Of a DNA stretch of 64,000 nt, positions 55,097-64,000 are shown one piece after another. Location: NCBI GenBank assembly GCA_001856825.1, contig ATMD01000004.1, positions 426,568-490,567 on the forward strand, read 5' to 3'. The stretch comes from Thermoplasmatales archaeon I-plasma. Lineage in GTDB: Archaea; Thermoplasmatota; Thermoplasmata; Thermoplasmatales; GCA-001856825. The position numbers and the translations under genes are program-made. The notes beneath the pieces are model-generated. The model saw nothing but the letters and a program-made list of their open reading frames with translations, did no database searches and had not been told where the DNA came from. Positions within the stretch are counted from its first letter, which is position 1. Each line of letters starts with the position of its first letter.

Positions 55097-56827
55097 CTAG
55101 CTGCCCCAGAATGGGCTTGTCTTTCTTCTCAGACTCTTGATCTCTTCCATTATCATGTTTTCGTCCACGTTCAGGTTCTCTTCCTTCAATATCCTGAAAT
55201 CCCTTTCATTTATGTCGGAGTAAAGCACCTCCCCTTCTTTGATCTGTCTTCCGACGGTGATTCCGTCCATCGCTATAGCGACCTCTTCCCCCTGACCTGC
55301 CTCTTCGAGGGACTGCTCGCCAGTCCTTATGCTCTTCACCGGACCAACGCTTGTACCGTCTATTTTCATAAGCTGCGTCCTGGCCCTCAATTTGCCTCCT
55401 AAAACCCTTACCCCAAAGATTGCAGGTTTGGAAATCCTGAAGACATTCCCCTCCATCACCAATAGTTTACAGGGGAATGTCATAGCCTTCCTCTTTTCCT
55501 CAACTTCCTTCTGCCTTATCTCCTCTCTTGCTTTTACCAGGTCGTCCTTTATTGAATAGATCACCCTGTTTTCTATGACCTTGACGTCCTGGAAATCCTT
55601 TACTTCAACGGGTACATTGAATGCAATTACTATCTTGTTCTCCGGTACTGAATTGGTGCTGGCCTCTGTGAAATCCCTCTTGGACACGGGGCCGACCTCC
55701 GCCTTCTTGATGGGAACGTTGATCCTCCCAAGTTCATATACAAGCGCTTCAAGTCCTCCAACGGTATCAGCCTTCGCAACAATACCTTCATTGGATGGCT
55801 TGAATGAGCTCTTTATTGCATCCTCTATAGAATTCTTGAGCGTTATTAAGTCGCCTGTTGCTTCCTTGAAGGGGCTCCCCGGAATGACACCCCCCTCACC
55901 CTGGAAGAGTATCCTAATTCCTGATGCAGCCCTGACCTCTGATACTGGCAGGAACCTATCACGAGGATCCCTTATCTCATCCAGCGGCTTAGGTTTGAAT
56001 ATGCCCTTGACCTTCAAGGCCCTTATACCGTTCACTGTTCCTGTCAGAACAGTTTCTCCCCTCTTTATCACGCCACTGTAAAGGATGGCGTCTGACACTT
56101 CGCCCATCCCCTTCTCCTCCCTTACCTCTAGTATCGTGCCCTCCGCCGTCTCATCCTCATTCCTCAGCTGGGATTCGAGGAATGTCTGGGCGAGTCCAGC
56201 AAGGACCATTAACAGGTCCGGCACTCCGTAGCCTGACTTAGCAGAAAGGGGCACTATTGCAACATTCCTTGTGAAATCGGATATCCTGTCGTACCTGTCT
56301 GCACTGAACCCTTCCCTGTACATCTGTGATGACAGCTGGAACAGTTTGTTGTCAAGTTCCTCAAGTCTTGCCGGGGCTATTGTCTTCGTAGTAGGAATGA
56401 ACGCACCCTTCATGCCTGAGAAACCCTCTAGAAGGTCGACCTTGTTTGCAGCTACCACAAATGGAGTTTTGAATTTCTTCAGTACGTCCAGTGATTCCCT
56501 TGTCTGAGGCATTATGCCTTCCCTTATATCTATGACAAGTACAGCTATGTCAGCAATTGAGCCTCCCCTTATCCTGAGACTGGAGAACGATTCGTGCCCA
56601 GGGGTGTCGATGAATAGGAGCCCGGGAATCCTAAATGTCCTGCTCCCTACGATGTCTTTGCATATCTTTAGTATCTCCTGTATTGGAACTTCAGTTGCGC
56701 CTATATGCTGGGTAATTCCCCCGGCTTCCCTTGATGCAACTACGCCGCCTCTAATGTTATCCAGAAGTGAAGTCTTGCCATGGTCCACATGGCCGAGAAC
56801 GCCCACTATAGGTTGCCTCACCCACAT
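55097..56827 (-). CDS. infB: Translation initiation factor aIF-5B (IF-2 homolog)
   Basis: 576 aa. G-domain motifs are [13 protein letters not shown] and NKVD, followed by the typical domains II-IV. Confidence 0.95.
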   Translation of the reverse strand: MWVRQPIVGVLGHVDHGKTSLLDNIRGGVVASREAGGITQHIGATEVPIQEILKICKDIVGSRTFRIPGLLFIDTPGHESFSSLRIRGGSIADIAVLVIDIREGIMPQTRESLDVLKKFKTPFVVAANKVDLLEGFSGMKGAFIPTTKTIAPARLEELDNKLFQLSSQMYREGFSADRYDRISDFTRNVAIVPLSAKSGYGVPDLLMVLAGLAQTFLESQLRNEDETAEGTILEVREEKGMGEVSDAILYSGVIKRGETVLTGTVNGIRALKVKGIFKPKPLDEIRDPRDRFLPVSEVRAASGIRILFQGEGGVIPGSPFKEATGDLITLKNSIEDAIKSSFKPSNEGIVAKADTVGGLEALVYELGRINVPIKKAEVGPVSKRDFTEASTNSVPENKIVIAFNVPVEVKDFQDVKVIENRVIYSIKDDLVKAREEIRQKEVEEKRKAMTFPCKLLVMEGNVFRISKPAIFGVRVLGGKLRARTQLMKIDGTSVGPVKSIRTGEQSLEEAGQGEEVAIAMDGITVGRQIKEGEVLYSDINERDFRILKEENLNVDENMIMEEIKSLRRKTSPFWGS

Positions 56828-56833
56828 AAGCCA

Positions 56834-57274
56834 TCACAGCCAATCTCTATCTGCCCTCTCGTAGGTTAGAATTTCCTTTTCATCGAAAAATATTGGGATT
56901 TCGTACTTAGCAGACTCCTCAGAATCGCTTGCATGAATGAGATTGAAATCTATGCCAGTGGAGAAATCTCCCCTTATTGTACCGGGCTCCGCCTTTGCCC
57001 CATTGGTAGCTCCGACAAGCTTCCTCACTATCTCGATGCAGTTGTTCCCTTCCACTACCATTGCCACTAAAGGCGCAGATGTGATGTAATTCAGTAAAGA
57101 TTCGTAGAATGGCTTCCCCTTATGGACCGCGTAGTGCTTTTCAGCCCTCTCCCTATCGAGCTTCATGAGCTTTAATGCAGTGACCTTGAGACCCTTGTCC
57201 TCAAACCTGGATATGATAGCTCCTATCTTAGACCTGGCAACTCCATCTGGTTTGATCAAGACTAAAGTTCTCAA
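56834..57274 (-). CDS. ndk: Nucleoside diphosphate kinase
   Basis: [28 protein letters not shown], and NLIHASDS (active-site His). Confidence 0.95.
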   Translation of the reverse strand: MRTLVLIKPDGVARSKIGAIISRFEDKGLKVTALKLMKLDRERAEKHYAVHKGKPFYESLLNYITSAPLVAMVVEGNNCIEIVRKLVGATNGAKAEPGTIRGDFSTGIDFNLIHASDSEESAKYEIPIFFDEKEILTYERADRDWL

Positions 57275-57287
57275 TCAATCTCCCCCC

Positions 57288-57584
57288 TCAGATCTCTTTT
57301 GGAGGTTCTGGCGCGGTTTCAACTTCTTCCTTCGCTTCTACTTTAGGTGCTGAAGGTTTAGGTTCTGATTCCTTTGAGAACTTAATCCTCTGTGCCTTTT
57401 CCTCCCTACCTTCCTCAGTCCACCTGACTCTCCTGGGTTCCCTGTGAAGTTTCAGGAAGTTCTTTTCGCACTTTGAAGTATCAAAATACAGGACAGAGCC
57501 GTCCCTCCTGATGTACATCTTCCCGGTCCCGAATTCTATCTTTGATCCACAGAATGAGCAATACCTGGTTTCCACAACGATCAC
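57288..57584 (-). CDS. rpl24e: Ribosomal protein L24e with Lys/Glu/Pro-rich C-terminal extension
   Basis: [35 protein letters not shown] is the L24e zinc-ribbon core. About 35 extra residues follow (..[38 protein letters not shown]). Confidence 0.9.
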   Translation of the reverse strand: MIVVETRYCSFCGSKIEFGTGKMYIRRDGSVLYFDTSKCEKNFLKLHREPRRVRWTEEGREEKAQRIKFSKESEPKPSAPKVEAKEEVETAPEPPKEI

Positions 57585-57793
57585 CTCACCGATAGCTTTC
57601 TTGCTTCCCTTGCCGTCTCTCTTAGCATGAGGATATCACCGACCCTTACAGGACCCATCACGTTTCTTGTGAGAACCCTTCCCTGGTCTCCTCCGGCCAA
57701 CACCTTTATCTTGACCTGGGTCGCTTCGCCGGCCATTCCTGTCCTACCAATAAGCTCAACGACTTCACATGGAATGGCGTCATTCTCTGGCAT
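57581..57793 (-). CDS. rps28e: Ribosomal protein S28e
   Basis: [24 protein letters not shown]...[25 protein letters not shown]. Confidence 0.95.
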   Translation of the reverse strand: MPENDAIPCEVVELIGRTGMAGEATQVKIKVLAGGDQGRVLTRNVMGPVRVGDILMLRETAREARKLSVR

Positions 57794-57806
57794 TTTGAAT
57801 CACTCT

Positions 57807-58175
57807 TTATTTCTTAATTTCCTTGAACTTATCAACAAGTTCTGTCAGTAATTGCTTTCCATTACCAGGTTCAACGATAGCAATAGTAGCTGAGCTCTTG
57901 AGCTTGACCTTCTGTCCAAGGTCCTCCTTCTTCTGAACGTAGAAATACGGTATTCCCTTCTCCTCGCAGAGCAACGGGATATGAAGAACAACCTCGGGTG
58001 GCTGTATGTCTTCGGCTATCACTACCATCTTTGCCTCTCCTCTTTCTACCACCTTGGTAACTTCGTTCGTTCCTTTCCTTATTTTTCCAGTTTCAGATGA
58101 AACCTCTACAAGCTGCAGAGCTTTTGCCCTAAGGTCGTCGGGTGTCTGAAATCTTACATAACTAGTTTCTGCCAT
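57807..58175 (-). CDS. rpl7ae: Ribosomal protein L7Ae (kink-turn binding)
   Basis: KIRKGTNEVTKVVERGEAKMVVIAEDIQPPEVVLHIPLLCEEKGIPYFYV. Confidence 0.95.
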   Translation of the reverse strand: MAETSYVRFQTPDDLRAKALQLVEVSSETGKIRKGTNEVTKVVERGEAKMVVIAEDIQPPEVVLHIPLLCEEKGIPYFYVQKKEDLGQKVKLKSSATIAIVEPGNGKQLLTELVDKFKEIKK

Positions 58176-58181
58176 TATTTT

Positions 58182-58236
58182 ACCTCCTTCACTTTATCAG
58201 TCATTGGTCTTTGGGTAGTTTATGAGGATATAAAAA
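58182..58236 (-). promoter_or_regulatory. Putative promoter (BRE/TATA) and Shine-Dalgarno of the rpl7ae operon
   Basis: The reverse strand reads aaacTTTTTATAtcc (TATA = 58229-58236), about 54 nt upstream of ATG 58175. GGAGGT (58182-58187) lies 6 nt before the ATG. Consensus-based only. Confidence 0.45.
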
Positions 58237-58311
58237 GTTTGGGCGTTTCAAGTGTCTACCAACGCTTATCTCTGAACCTGCCAAACTAATAAGCGTGGAT
58301 TTGTTCCGCAT

Positions 58312-59247
58312 TCAGGCACTGATCTGATATGTCTTGTTTGAATCCAGTGAGACCTTGTATGAATTTACTTTTCCTCCGTACTGAAGGTAGATTGTGTAGT
58401 TTCCCTTCAGGAGGCTTAATGAGTATTGCCCACTTCCAGGAATCGTGAAGTTGAAGTCTGCAACTAACAGAGATGCTGAAGTGGGAAGGTTTTGAACCTT
58501 TACCGTAAGGATCAAAGGCAGGGAGTTGTAGATATTCACTACGTTTGACTTCATGTACACGAATGTACCCAATCTATTGGATACATTAGTTAAATTGTGG
58601 GCGAATTGTGCCCAGTCAGTTATCTCACCGCCCTGGCTGCTGGGAGAGCCATATTGAATGTTGGAGAAATTAAAGGAGATCCCGGGGAATGAATTGTTGA
58701 ACCCGTAGATCTCCTCATAGATTGTCAGTCCGCTGAATGTGTGGTTTCCAACCTTCTGATTAGTGCTGATTGAAAAATCGTTGCCACCGGTAAAAGCGGC
58801 AAACGTGTTCTTGTCAAACTTGAAGAAAACGTTACCGCTGCTAACATACATCGATAGTGAGTGGTTCCCAGGCGTAATCGGGAACCAGTGAGGATCAAAT
58901 ATGTATTTTATGGACCCATTCACTATTTCAGTATAGGAATAAGTGCTGTAAAAAACCCCTTTGAGCGATGAGATGCCTATCTGGTCGTAGCTCAGATTGC
59001 TGTCCCATATGGATAGGACTACGTAATATATGTCATTATTCAGATTGGCAGTTCCTCCGAAATCAACGTTTGCTGAAATAGAATTTGCATACTTCAGTGG
59101 CCCATCGTAGACCGCGCCAAGGTAGATATGGGTGCCAGAGTCTGACTTCTTTGCATCCATATTTTCATAATATACATACAGTCCCAGCGCCGCTATCACC
59201 AAGATGGCTGCGACTAAAACTGTGTAGTATTTCATTGGGGATGACAA
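58312..59247 (-). CDS. N-terminally anchored secreted protein, possible peptidase G1 (eqolisin)-like beta-sandwich plus PEGA-like domain
   Basis: 311 aa with TM YYTVLVAAILVIAALGLYVYY. By-eye correspondence to scytalidoglutamic peptidase blocks recalled from memory: YDQIGIS~ILQTGFD (Gln), YSTYSYTE~YDAWYEWY, ITPGNHSLSMYVSS~ISEGDSIQMSVTAT, GLTIYEEIYGF~SAEFIIEDFE (Glu), FPGISFNFSNIQY~FASFSPAVEFTD. Confidence 0.65.
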   Translation of the reverse strand: MSSPMKYYTVLVAAILVIAALGLYVYYENMDAKKSDSGTHIYLGAVYDGPLKYANSISANVDFGGTANLNNDIYYVVLSIWDSNLSYDQIGISSLKGVFYSTYSYTEIVNGSIKYIFDPHWFPITPGNHSLSMYVSSGNVFFKFDKNTFAAFTGGNDFSISTNQKVGNHTFSGLTIYEEIYGFNNSFPGISFNFSNIQYGSPSSQGGEITDWAQFAHNLTNVSNRLGTFVYMKSNVVNIYNSLPLILTVKVQNLPTSASLLVADFNFTIPGSGQYSLSLLKGNYTIYLQYGGKVNSYKVSLDSNKTYQISA

Positions 59248-59346
59248 TAATAGTTGTTAAAAAAGTTTTTCTAGCTACAACATTCCTCTTTCATTTCACC
59301 CTGTACCTCAAGGAATGTTGATTTAGATGATGATGATACTCTCTGA

Positions 59347-59739
59347 GTGTCTGAATACGAGAATCTCCAGAAAGACATAAAGAGACTTGACCTGGGAAAG
59401 ATAGATTCTGTGACCTTCCCATATGGTGGGAGCACAACACACATTACCATAGAGACTGATGAATTTACCTCCATCTGCCCAAAAACAGGCATGCCTGATT
59501 ACGGGAAGATAACAGTTCACTACCTCCCGGACAGGAAGATAGTCGAGCTGAAGTCATTCAAGCTTTACCTTCATAAGTACAGGAACGTCGGCATATTCCA
59601 GGAGAATGCAGTGAACAAGATACTCGATGACCTTGTAAAGAGCTGCTCACCAAGATTCATGACGGTTATAGGAGAATTCAATGCAAGAGGGGGTCTCAGG
59701 ACGAGAGTAATATCGAGGTTCGAAAAAGTTAAGACTTAA
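59347..59739 (+). CDS. queF: QueF-family protein (type I, unimodular; 7-cyano-7-deazaguanine reductase-like) with intact QueF motif
   Basis: 130 aa, GTG start. The catalytic Cys lies in EFTSICPKTGMPDYG. The QueF motif E(S/L)K(S/A)hK(L/Y)(Y/F/W) is present as ELKSFKLY. The C-terminus has FNARGGL. Confidence 0.85.
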   Translation: MSEYENLQKDIKRLDLGKIDSVTFPYGGSTTHITIETDEFTSICPKTGMPDYGKITVHYLPDRKIVELKSFKLYLHKYRNVGIFQENAVNKILDDLVKSCSPRFMTVIGEFNARGGLRTRVISRFEKVKT

Positions 59740-59941
59740 CCTTCTATCATATTTCGTTCCCTATGGAATAGCGCTTGATCGATGATAGACGCTGGACGAC
59801 GGGGAACTACAGGGATTTTTGGGCCCCTTGGTGAGTTATGGCGTGTCGCCTATCTGTGAACCCAAGGCCAGAAAAAGTCCTACATCCCCGGAAAGGTCAG
59901 AGGGGATGATAATGATTCTCCTTGTTAATTCCGGGGAACAC

Positions 59942-61181
59942 TCAGAATTTTGCCCCCCTTACGTTTACAATCCTGAAGCCCAGTTCTGTGAACGTCTTCC
60001 TGATCTTCGAAAGGTCCTCGTTGCCGTATATCTTCAACTTAACTGTGATCTTCTGCTTGCCAATACCTATGTCCTCGCCGAAAAGCTCCGTATGGAGCTC
60101 CTCAACGTTCAACCTCATCTCAGAGAACAGTTCTATTGCTTTCTTCATTTCAGATGGCACGTTATTTACAATGAAACTGAGGATGAATTCCCTGCCCGTC
60201 TCAAGCAGGTTCTTCTCTATTATCTGCGACAGCAGTGGCATGTCTGCATTGCCTCCGGAAATTAGTGCAACAACCTTCTTCCCCTTGACCTTTACCTTCC
60301 CTGCGATAAGTGCTGCAACAGATGCTGCCCCAGCGGGTTCTGATACTATTTTTCCACGTTCAAGCAGGGTGAACATGGCAGACGATATTTCCTCGTCGCT
60401 AACTGTGACAACCTGATCGACGTACTTCCTAGCAATTTTGAAGGTGAATTCCGAAGGGGACTTAATGGCTATACCGTCGGCAATAGTGGCAACCGAATTC
60501 AACTTGACCAGTTTCCCTGTTCTAAGGGAGCTTTTCATAGCTGCAGGCATTTTCCGCTTCCACACCTATAACCTTCCCCCTGTACCCATTCTCCTTGAGA
60601 TATGTCGCTATCCCACCTATCAACCCCCCTCCGCCAACGGGGACGATTATGTAATCAAAATCGTTCATCACCTGGAATATTTCCAGACCGACAGTTCCCT
60701 GTCCTGCAACGACATACCTGTTGTCAAAGGCATGTGCAAAAACTTTCTTCTCGTCCTTTGCAATCTTCTTTGCCTTCTCTGTTGCCTCATCAAAACTATT
60801 GCCATAGAGAAGAACCCTCGCCCCGTACTTCTGTGTCGCTATCATCTTAATTGGTGGGGCAAACTGGGGCATCACGACAAGTGAGTCCAGGCCAAGCAGG
60901 GATGATGCAAGGGCGACCCCCTGGGAATGATTTCCTGCACTTGCTGCCACAACGTTCTTCCTTGTCCTGCTGAGGAGATTGTAAGCTCCCCTTATCTTGA
61001 AGGAACCCCCTCTCTGGAGGTTCTCCAGCTTCAGGTAGACCTCAGCACCGCTGAGTTCACTGATGGAACTGGATCTCTCAAGAGGGGTATTCTTTACAAC
61101 ACCCTTCACCCGTTCGTAGGCTTCTTCTATATCCTTCAGCGTGACCGGTTCAAAGTAATCCTGTGATGTTACCTCTCTCAT
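59942..61181 (-). pseudogene. ilvA: Threonine ammonia-lyase (threonine dehydratase) interrupted by a single-base frameshift
   Basis: The N-part, 60522-61181, has the PLP Lys in GGSFKIRGA, ASAGNHSQG and VPVGGGGLIGG. The C-part, 59942-60565, in another frame has TIADGIAIK, EPAGAASVAAL, LISGGNAD and an ACT-like tail. On the reverse strand gaa aat gcc T gca gct atg aaa reads ..ENA|AAMKSS.. if one base near 60545 is removed, giving about 412 aa. Confidence 0.8.
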
Positions 61182-62811
61182 CTATATTTACTTCCTCGGA
61201 GATTGGATGTTTAGGAAGCCCTGGCATCGTCATGATCTCGCCAAGCAAAGGTACTGCAAATCCTACTCCAGTAGATAGCATGATATCTTCTATAGTTATA
61301 GTGAAGTCCTTCGGCCATCCAAGCTTGTTCTGATCGTCTGATATGGAGTACTGTGTCTTGGCCATGCATACGTCCAGGAAATCCAGTTTCTCATCCTTCA
61401 CTCTCTTCAGTACCCTCATTGCTTTCTTAGAATATTCAATTTTTGACGCGCCATAAACTTTTGACGCAATCTTATCAATTTTAGTCTTTACCGGTTCATC
61501 CCTCTCGTAGGTGAAGTTGATCTTTCTGCCTTCGGACGCTTTACTGCTCAAGGTTTCGACCACCATCTTTGCAAAGTCCACCGTTCCTTCGCCGCCTTTA
61601 AGGTATCCCTCATTAAGTGCCATCTTGTAACCCCTCTTCTCGATCTCCCCCCTGAGATAGCTGATCTCCTCCTCACTGTCATCCTTGAACCTGTTTAGCG
61701 TTACTATCAGAGGTAAGCCGTATCTTTCTATGTTGGATATGTGGAATAGCATGTTATCTATTCCCCTCTTGAGGAACTCGACTCCTCCTTTTTCTGAAGG
61801 CTTCATACCACCGTGGTGTTTCAGTGCCTTTATTGATACCACCAGTATCACGAGATCAAGATTGTAACCTGCCCTCCTGAGGACGACGTCTACGAACTTC
61901 TGTGCCCCAAGATCTGAACCGAAACCAGCTTCAGTTATCACGTAGTCCGCCAGTTTTAGTGCAATCTTGTCGGCAAGGACGCTGTTATGGCCGTGAGCGA
62001 TATTCCCGAAGGGGCCTATGTGGACAAATCCCGGAACACCCTCTGTCGTCTGGACAAGATTTGGCTTAATTGCGTTCTTCAGTAGTGCAGCCATTGCCCC
62101 CTGTGCCTTCAGGTCCCCGGCAGTCAATCTCTTCCCTTCCTTCGTGTAGCCGACTGTGATCTTCGACAGCATTTCCTTCAGCATCTCATAATTCTCCGCA
62201 AACCCCATAATGGCCATTATCTCTGATGCTGGGGTTATCAAGAAACTGTCCTCAACAAGTGCGCCCCCCTGGTCCCCCAGGCCGACAACTATCTGCCGTA
62301 GTGAGCGGTCATTCATATCAATGGTTCTCTTCCACGTTATTTTCTTCAGGTCAAATCCAAGTTCATTTCCCTGGAATATGTGGTTATTCACTATAGCAGA
62401 AAGCAGGTTGTGTGCGGCGGTTATTGCAGGAAAATCGCCGGTAAAATTCAGGTTTATCTCATCTGCTGGAAGCAACTGGCACTTACCGCCACCGGTCCCG
62501 CCTCCTTTTATTCCAAAGTTTGGACCTAGAGATGGTTCCCTTATGGTCACCATCACTTTTTTCCCAATTTTTCTGAGTCCCTGGGATAGTCCTATCGTAG
62601 TAGTTGTCTTTCCCTCTCCGGCAGATGTTGGGCTTATTGCAGTTACAAGTATCATCTTGCCGTTCGGTTTACCTGACAACCTGTCAAGAACGCTGGGATT
62701 TACTTTGGCCATATACTTTCCATAAAGTTCCAATTCGTCATCTGTTATTCCTAACTCTTTTGCTATTTCAGTTATGTATTTCATTAGATCACTCTCCTTA
62801 ATTAATTCCAC
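61150..62811 (-). CDS. fhs: Formate--tetrahydrofolate ligase
   Basis: 553 aa. TPTSAGEGKTTTTIGL (P-loop), EPSLGPNFGIKGGGTGGG, and a C-terminus typical of FTHFS. Confidence 0.95.
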   Translation of the reverse strand: MELIKESDLMKYITEIAKELGITDDELELYGKYMAKVNPSVLDRLSGKPNGKMILVTAISPTSAGEGKTTTTIGLSQGLRKIGKKVMVTIREPSLGPNFGIKGGGTGGGKCQLLPADEINLNFTGDFPAITAAHNLLSAIVNNHIFQGNELGFDLKKITWKRTIDMNDRSLRQIVVGLGDQGGALVEDSFLITPASEIMAIMGFAENYEMLKEMLSKITVGYTKEGKRLTAGDLKAQGAMAALLKNAIKPNLVQTTEGVPGFVHIGPFGNIAHGHNSVLADKIALKLADYVITEAGFGSDLGAQKFVDVVLRRAGYNLDLVILVVSIKALKHHGGMKPSEKGGVEFLKRGIDNMLFHISNIERYGLPLIVTLNRFKDDSEEEISYLRGEIEKRGYKMALNEGYLKGGEGTVDFAKMVVETLSSKASEGRKINFTYERDEPVKTKIDKIASKVYGASKIEYSKKAMRVLKRVKDEKLDFLDVCMAKTQYSISDDQNKLGWPKDFTITIEDIMLSTGVGFAVPLLGEIMTMPGLPKHPISEEVNIDERGNITGLL

Positions 62812-64000
62812 ATATTTTTGAGTATTTCTTCAGTCTTCTTTTTGGTCTCTTCTGACAGGCCCACCATTTTGGCCTTGTATTCTTCCACGAACGAGGTGTC
62901 TTTTATGAGACCTAGATTGATTTTCACGTTCTGCATCGAGCCGTACACTGAAGAAGAAATGAAAAGTGCAGCGCAGTATACGTCAGATACAGCATTCTTG
63001 TTCCCCCTCTCTATCAGAACAGGCAGATAATCTAACATTGAAGCCGCAAGTTCCCCTGTCCTGTAAGGCACCCTTGTCGCATCCTTCAATCTCGCCTGTA
63101 TCATTCTTGTTCTCTCCTCCTTCTCCTCTGGCGTTCCCTTCGGCATAGAGAGAGATTTTGATAGATTATCGTAAGCTCTGGTATCATTTTCAGACTGGTT
63201 GTAGAGCTGCCACGCTGTTTCCTTTGCTTCCTTCTGGATTATCTTCATCTTCTCCGAAACTTCTTCATACCCTTTCTTTCCGATTGTGAGCCCTGCCACC
63301 ATAGCCACTAGTGCTGCTCCCATTGAGCCGACAAGACCGCTTGCCGAACCACCCCCGGGTGCAGGCTTGTCGCTTGCAAGTTCTTCTATGTAATGCTTTA
63401 TGCTGTCTTTGGAGAATATCTCCAGCAGCTTCTTCTCAAGAATCTGATTTTCCGAAAAATCCCTGTTCATGAGGTAGAATCTGTAAATCTCTTCTAGAGC
63501 CTTTAACGGAACCATGCCGACCAGTTCGGTTCTACTGACCGGTATTCCCCTTGACTCTGCCTCCCTCTTTACATATTCAAATACTTCTGGGACAGGAGTC
63601 TCAGTGTGGTTCACAAGGTTCATTGAAACCTGGGTTTCCTTTGTCTCAGCCAGGTTAAAACCAAGTGCCCTTACATTCTTTAGCCCGCCCGATCTTTCCC
63701 TGGTCCTCTTTGCCATCTCCTTTGTTGACTTAAGGTCGTCCGTCCTAAGATCTACGTTGAATGCTATCAGGAATTCCCTTGCACCTATGATTGTAGCGCC
63801 TGCCTTGCCTAGCCTCTTTGGGCCGAAATCTGGGAAATATTTTTCGTTAGTGGCTATTGCTTCTTTCAGTTGCTCGTACTGGAATTTCTCGCTCCTTATA
63901 TCAGGAAGCTCTTTCCTAGAGGGCGTGTTTGCAGCGTTCGCATATAGGAATACGGGTATCCCGAGTTCATTTCCCACCCTTTCTGCTAGCCTCCTTGAGA
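62802..64000 (-). CDS. ftcD: Glutamate formiminotransferase - cyclodeaminase (FTCD-like), 5' end beyond the window
   Basis: The reading frame is open to the window edge (..SRRLAERVGNELGIPVFLY..); the track 'start' at 63977 is an internal GTG. The formiminotransferase C-subdomain (GATIIGAREFLIAFNV) is followed by a helical cyclodeaminase domain (PAPGGGSASGLVGSMGAAL). 10-nt overlap with fhs. Confidence 0.85.
   Translation of the reverse strand, partial: SRRLAERVGNELGIPVFLYANAANTPSRKELPDIRSEKFQYEQLKEAIATNEKYFPDFGPKRLGKAGATIIGAREFLIAFNVDLRTDDLKSTKEMAKRTRERSGGLKNVRALGFNLAETKETQVSMNLVNHTETPVPEVFEYVKREAESRGIPVSRTELVGMVPLKALEEIYRFYLMNRDFSENQILEKKLLEIFSKDSIKHYIEELASDKPAPGGGSASGLVGSMGAALVAMVAGLTIGKKGYEEVSEKMKIIQKEAKETAWQLYNQSENDTRAYDNLSKSLSMPKGTPEEKEERTRMIQARLKDATRVPYRTGELAASMLDYLPVLIERGNKNAVSDVYCAALFISSSVYGSMQNVKINLGLIKDTSFVEEYKAKMVGLSEETKKKTEEILKNMWN

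Noticed and set aside
54885-55097. 70-aa minus-strand ORF from the track between infB and ef1b
   Set aside because: The translation has no recognisable features. The neighbouring frame (54875-55048) encodes a classic 4xCxxC zinc-ribbon protein that fits the conserved gene order.
59819-60416. Two overlapping + strand ORFs (148 and 164 aa)
   Set aside because: They are antisense to the C-terminal half of threonine dehydratase, whose homology is clear.
1-64000. CRISPR arrays, 16S/23S rRNA, additional tRNAs
   Set aside because: I scanned intergenic regions for regularly spaced direct repeats and for GGTTCGAATCC / GGATTCGAACC-type T-arm strings on both strands. Only the tRNA-Cys at 45827-45898 and the 5S gene were found. 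A by-eye scan can miss divergent or intron-containing tRNAs.

Overview
This 64-kb window looks archaeal and most resembles an acidophilic Thermoplasmata-type genome. That call is an inference from four things. The gene order rpl7ae-rps28e-rpl24e-ndk-infB(aIF5B)-Zn-ribbon-ef1b is the conserved archaeal one. RadB, FEN-1, type-2 MetAP and a catalytic-domain-only TGT are present. The 5S rRNA gene is unlinked from 16S/23S. Thermopsin-like and G1-like acid proteases and heavily N-x-S/T-sequon-rich surface proteins are encoded. No database search was possible. Positions ~14.2-64 kb are mostly compact housekeeping genes with many 4-20 nt gene overlaps. They include one tRNA-Cys(GCA), one solitary 5S rRNA, an AGT-EndoV fusion, a QueF and a frameshifted threonine dehydratase. 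I saw no CRISPR array and no 16S/23S rRNA. The first ~14 kb is accessory DNA. It holds a complete IS1634/IS4-like element with inverted repeats, two degraded IS remnants and an intact tyrosine integrase. A decayed paralog of that integrase sits next to tRNA-Cys at ~45 kb. The region also carries two paralogous membrane-anchored surface proteins that bracket a ~6.6-kb island. The most interesting gene in the island is a markedly AT-rich 875-aa ORF (4896-7523) with the architecture WD40 propeller - Roc small GTPase - COR - TIR. This is an NLR-like sensor/switch/effector layout, but built on a ROCO GTPase instead of a STAND ATPase. I propose it as a candidate single-gene archaeal antiviral/abortive-infection system, and I know of no characterised equivalent. 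A second signalling-NTPase gene (ArsR-HTH - NB-ARC-like ATPase - TPR, 35019-37472) is also noteworthy. All functional calls rest on motif recognition by eye, and domain boundaries are approximate.
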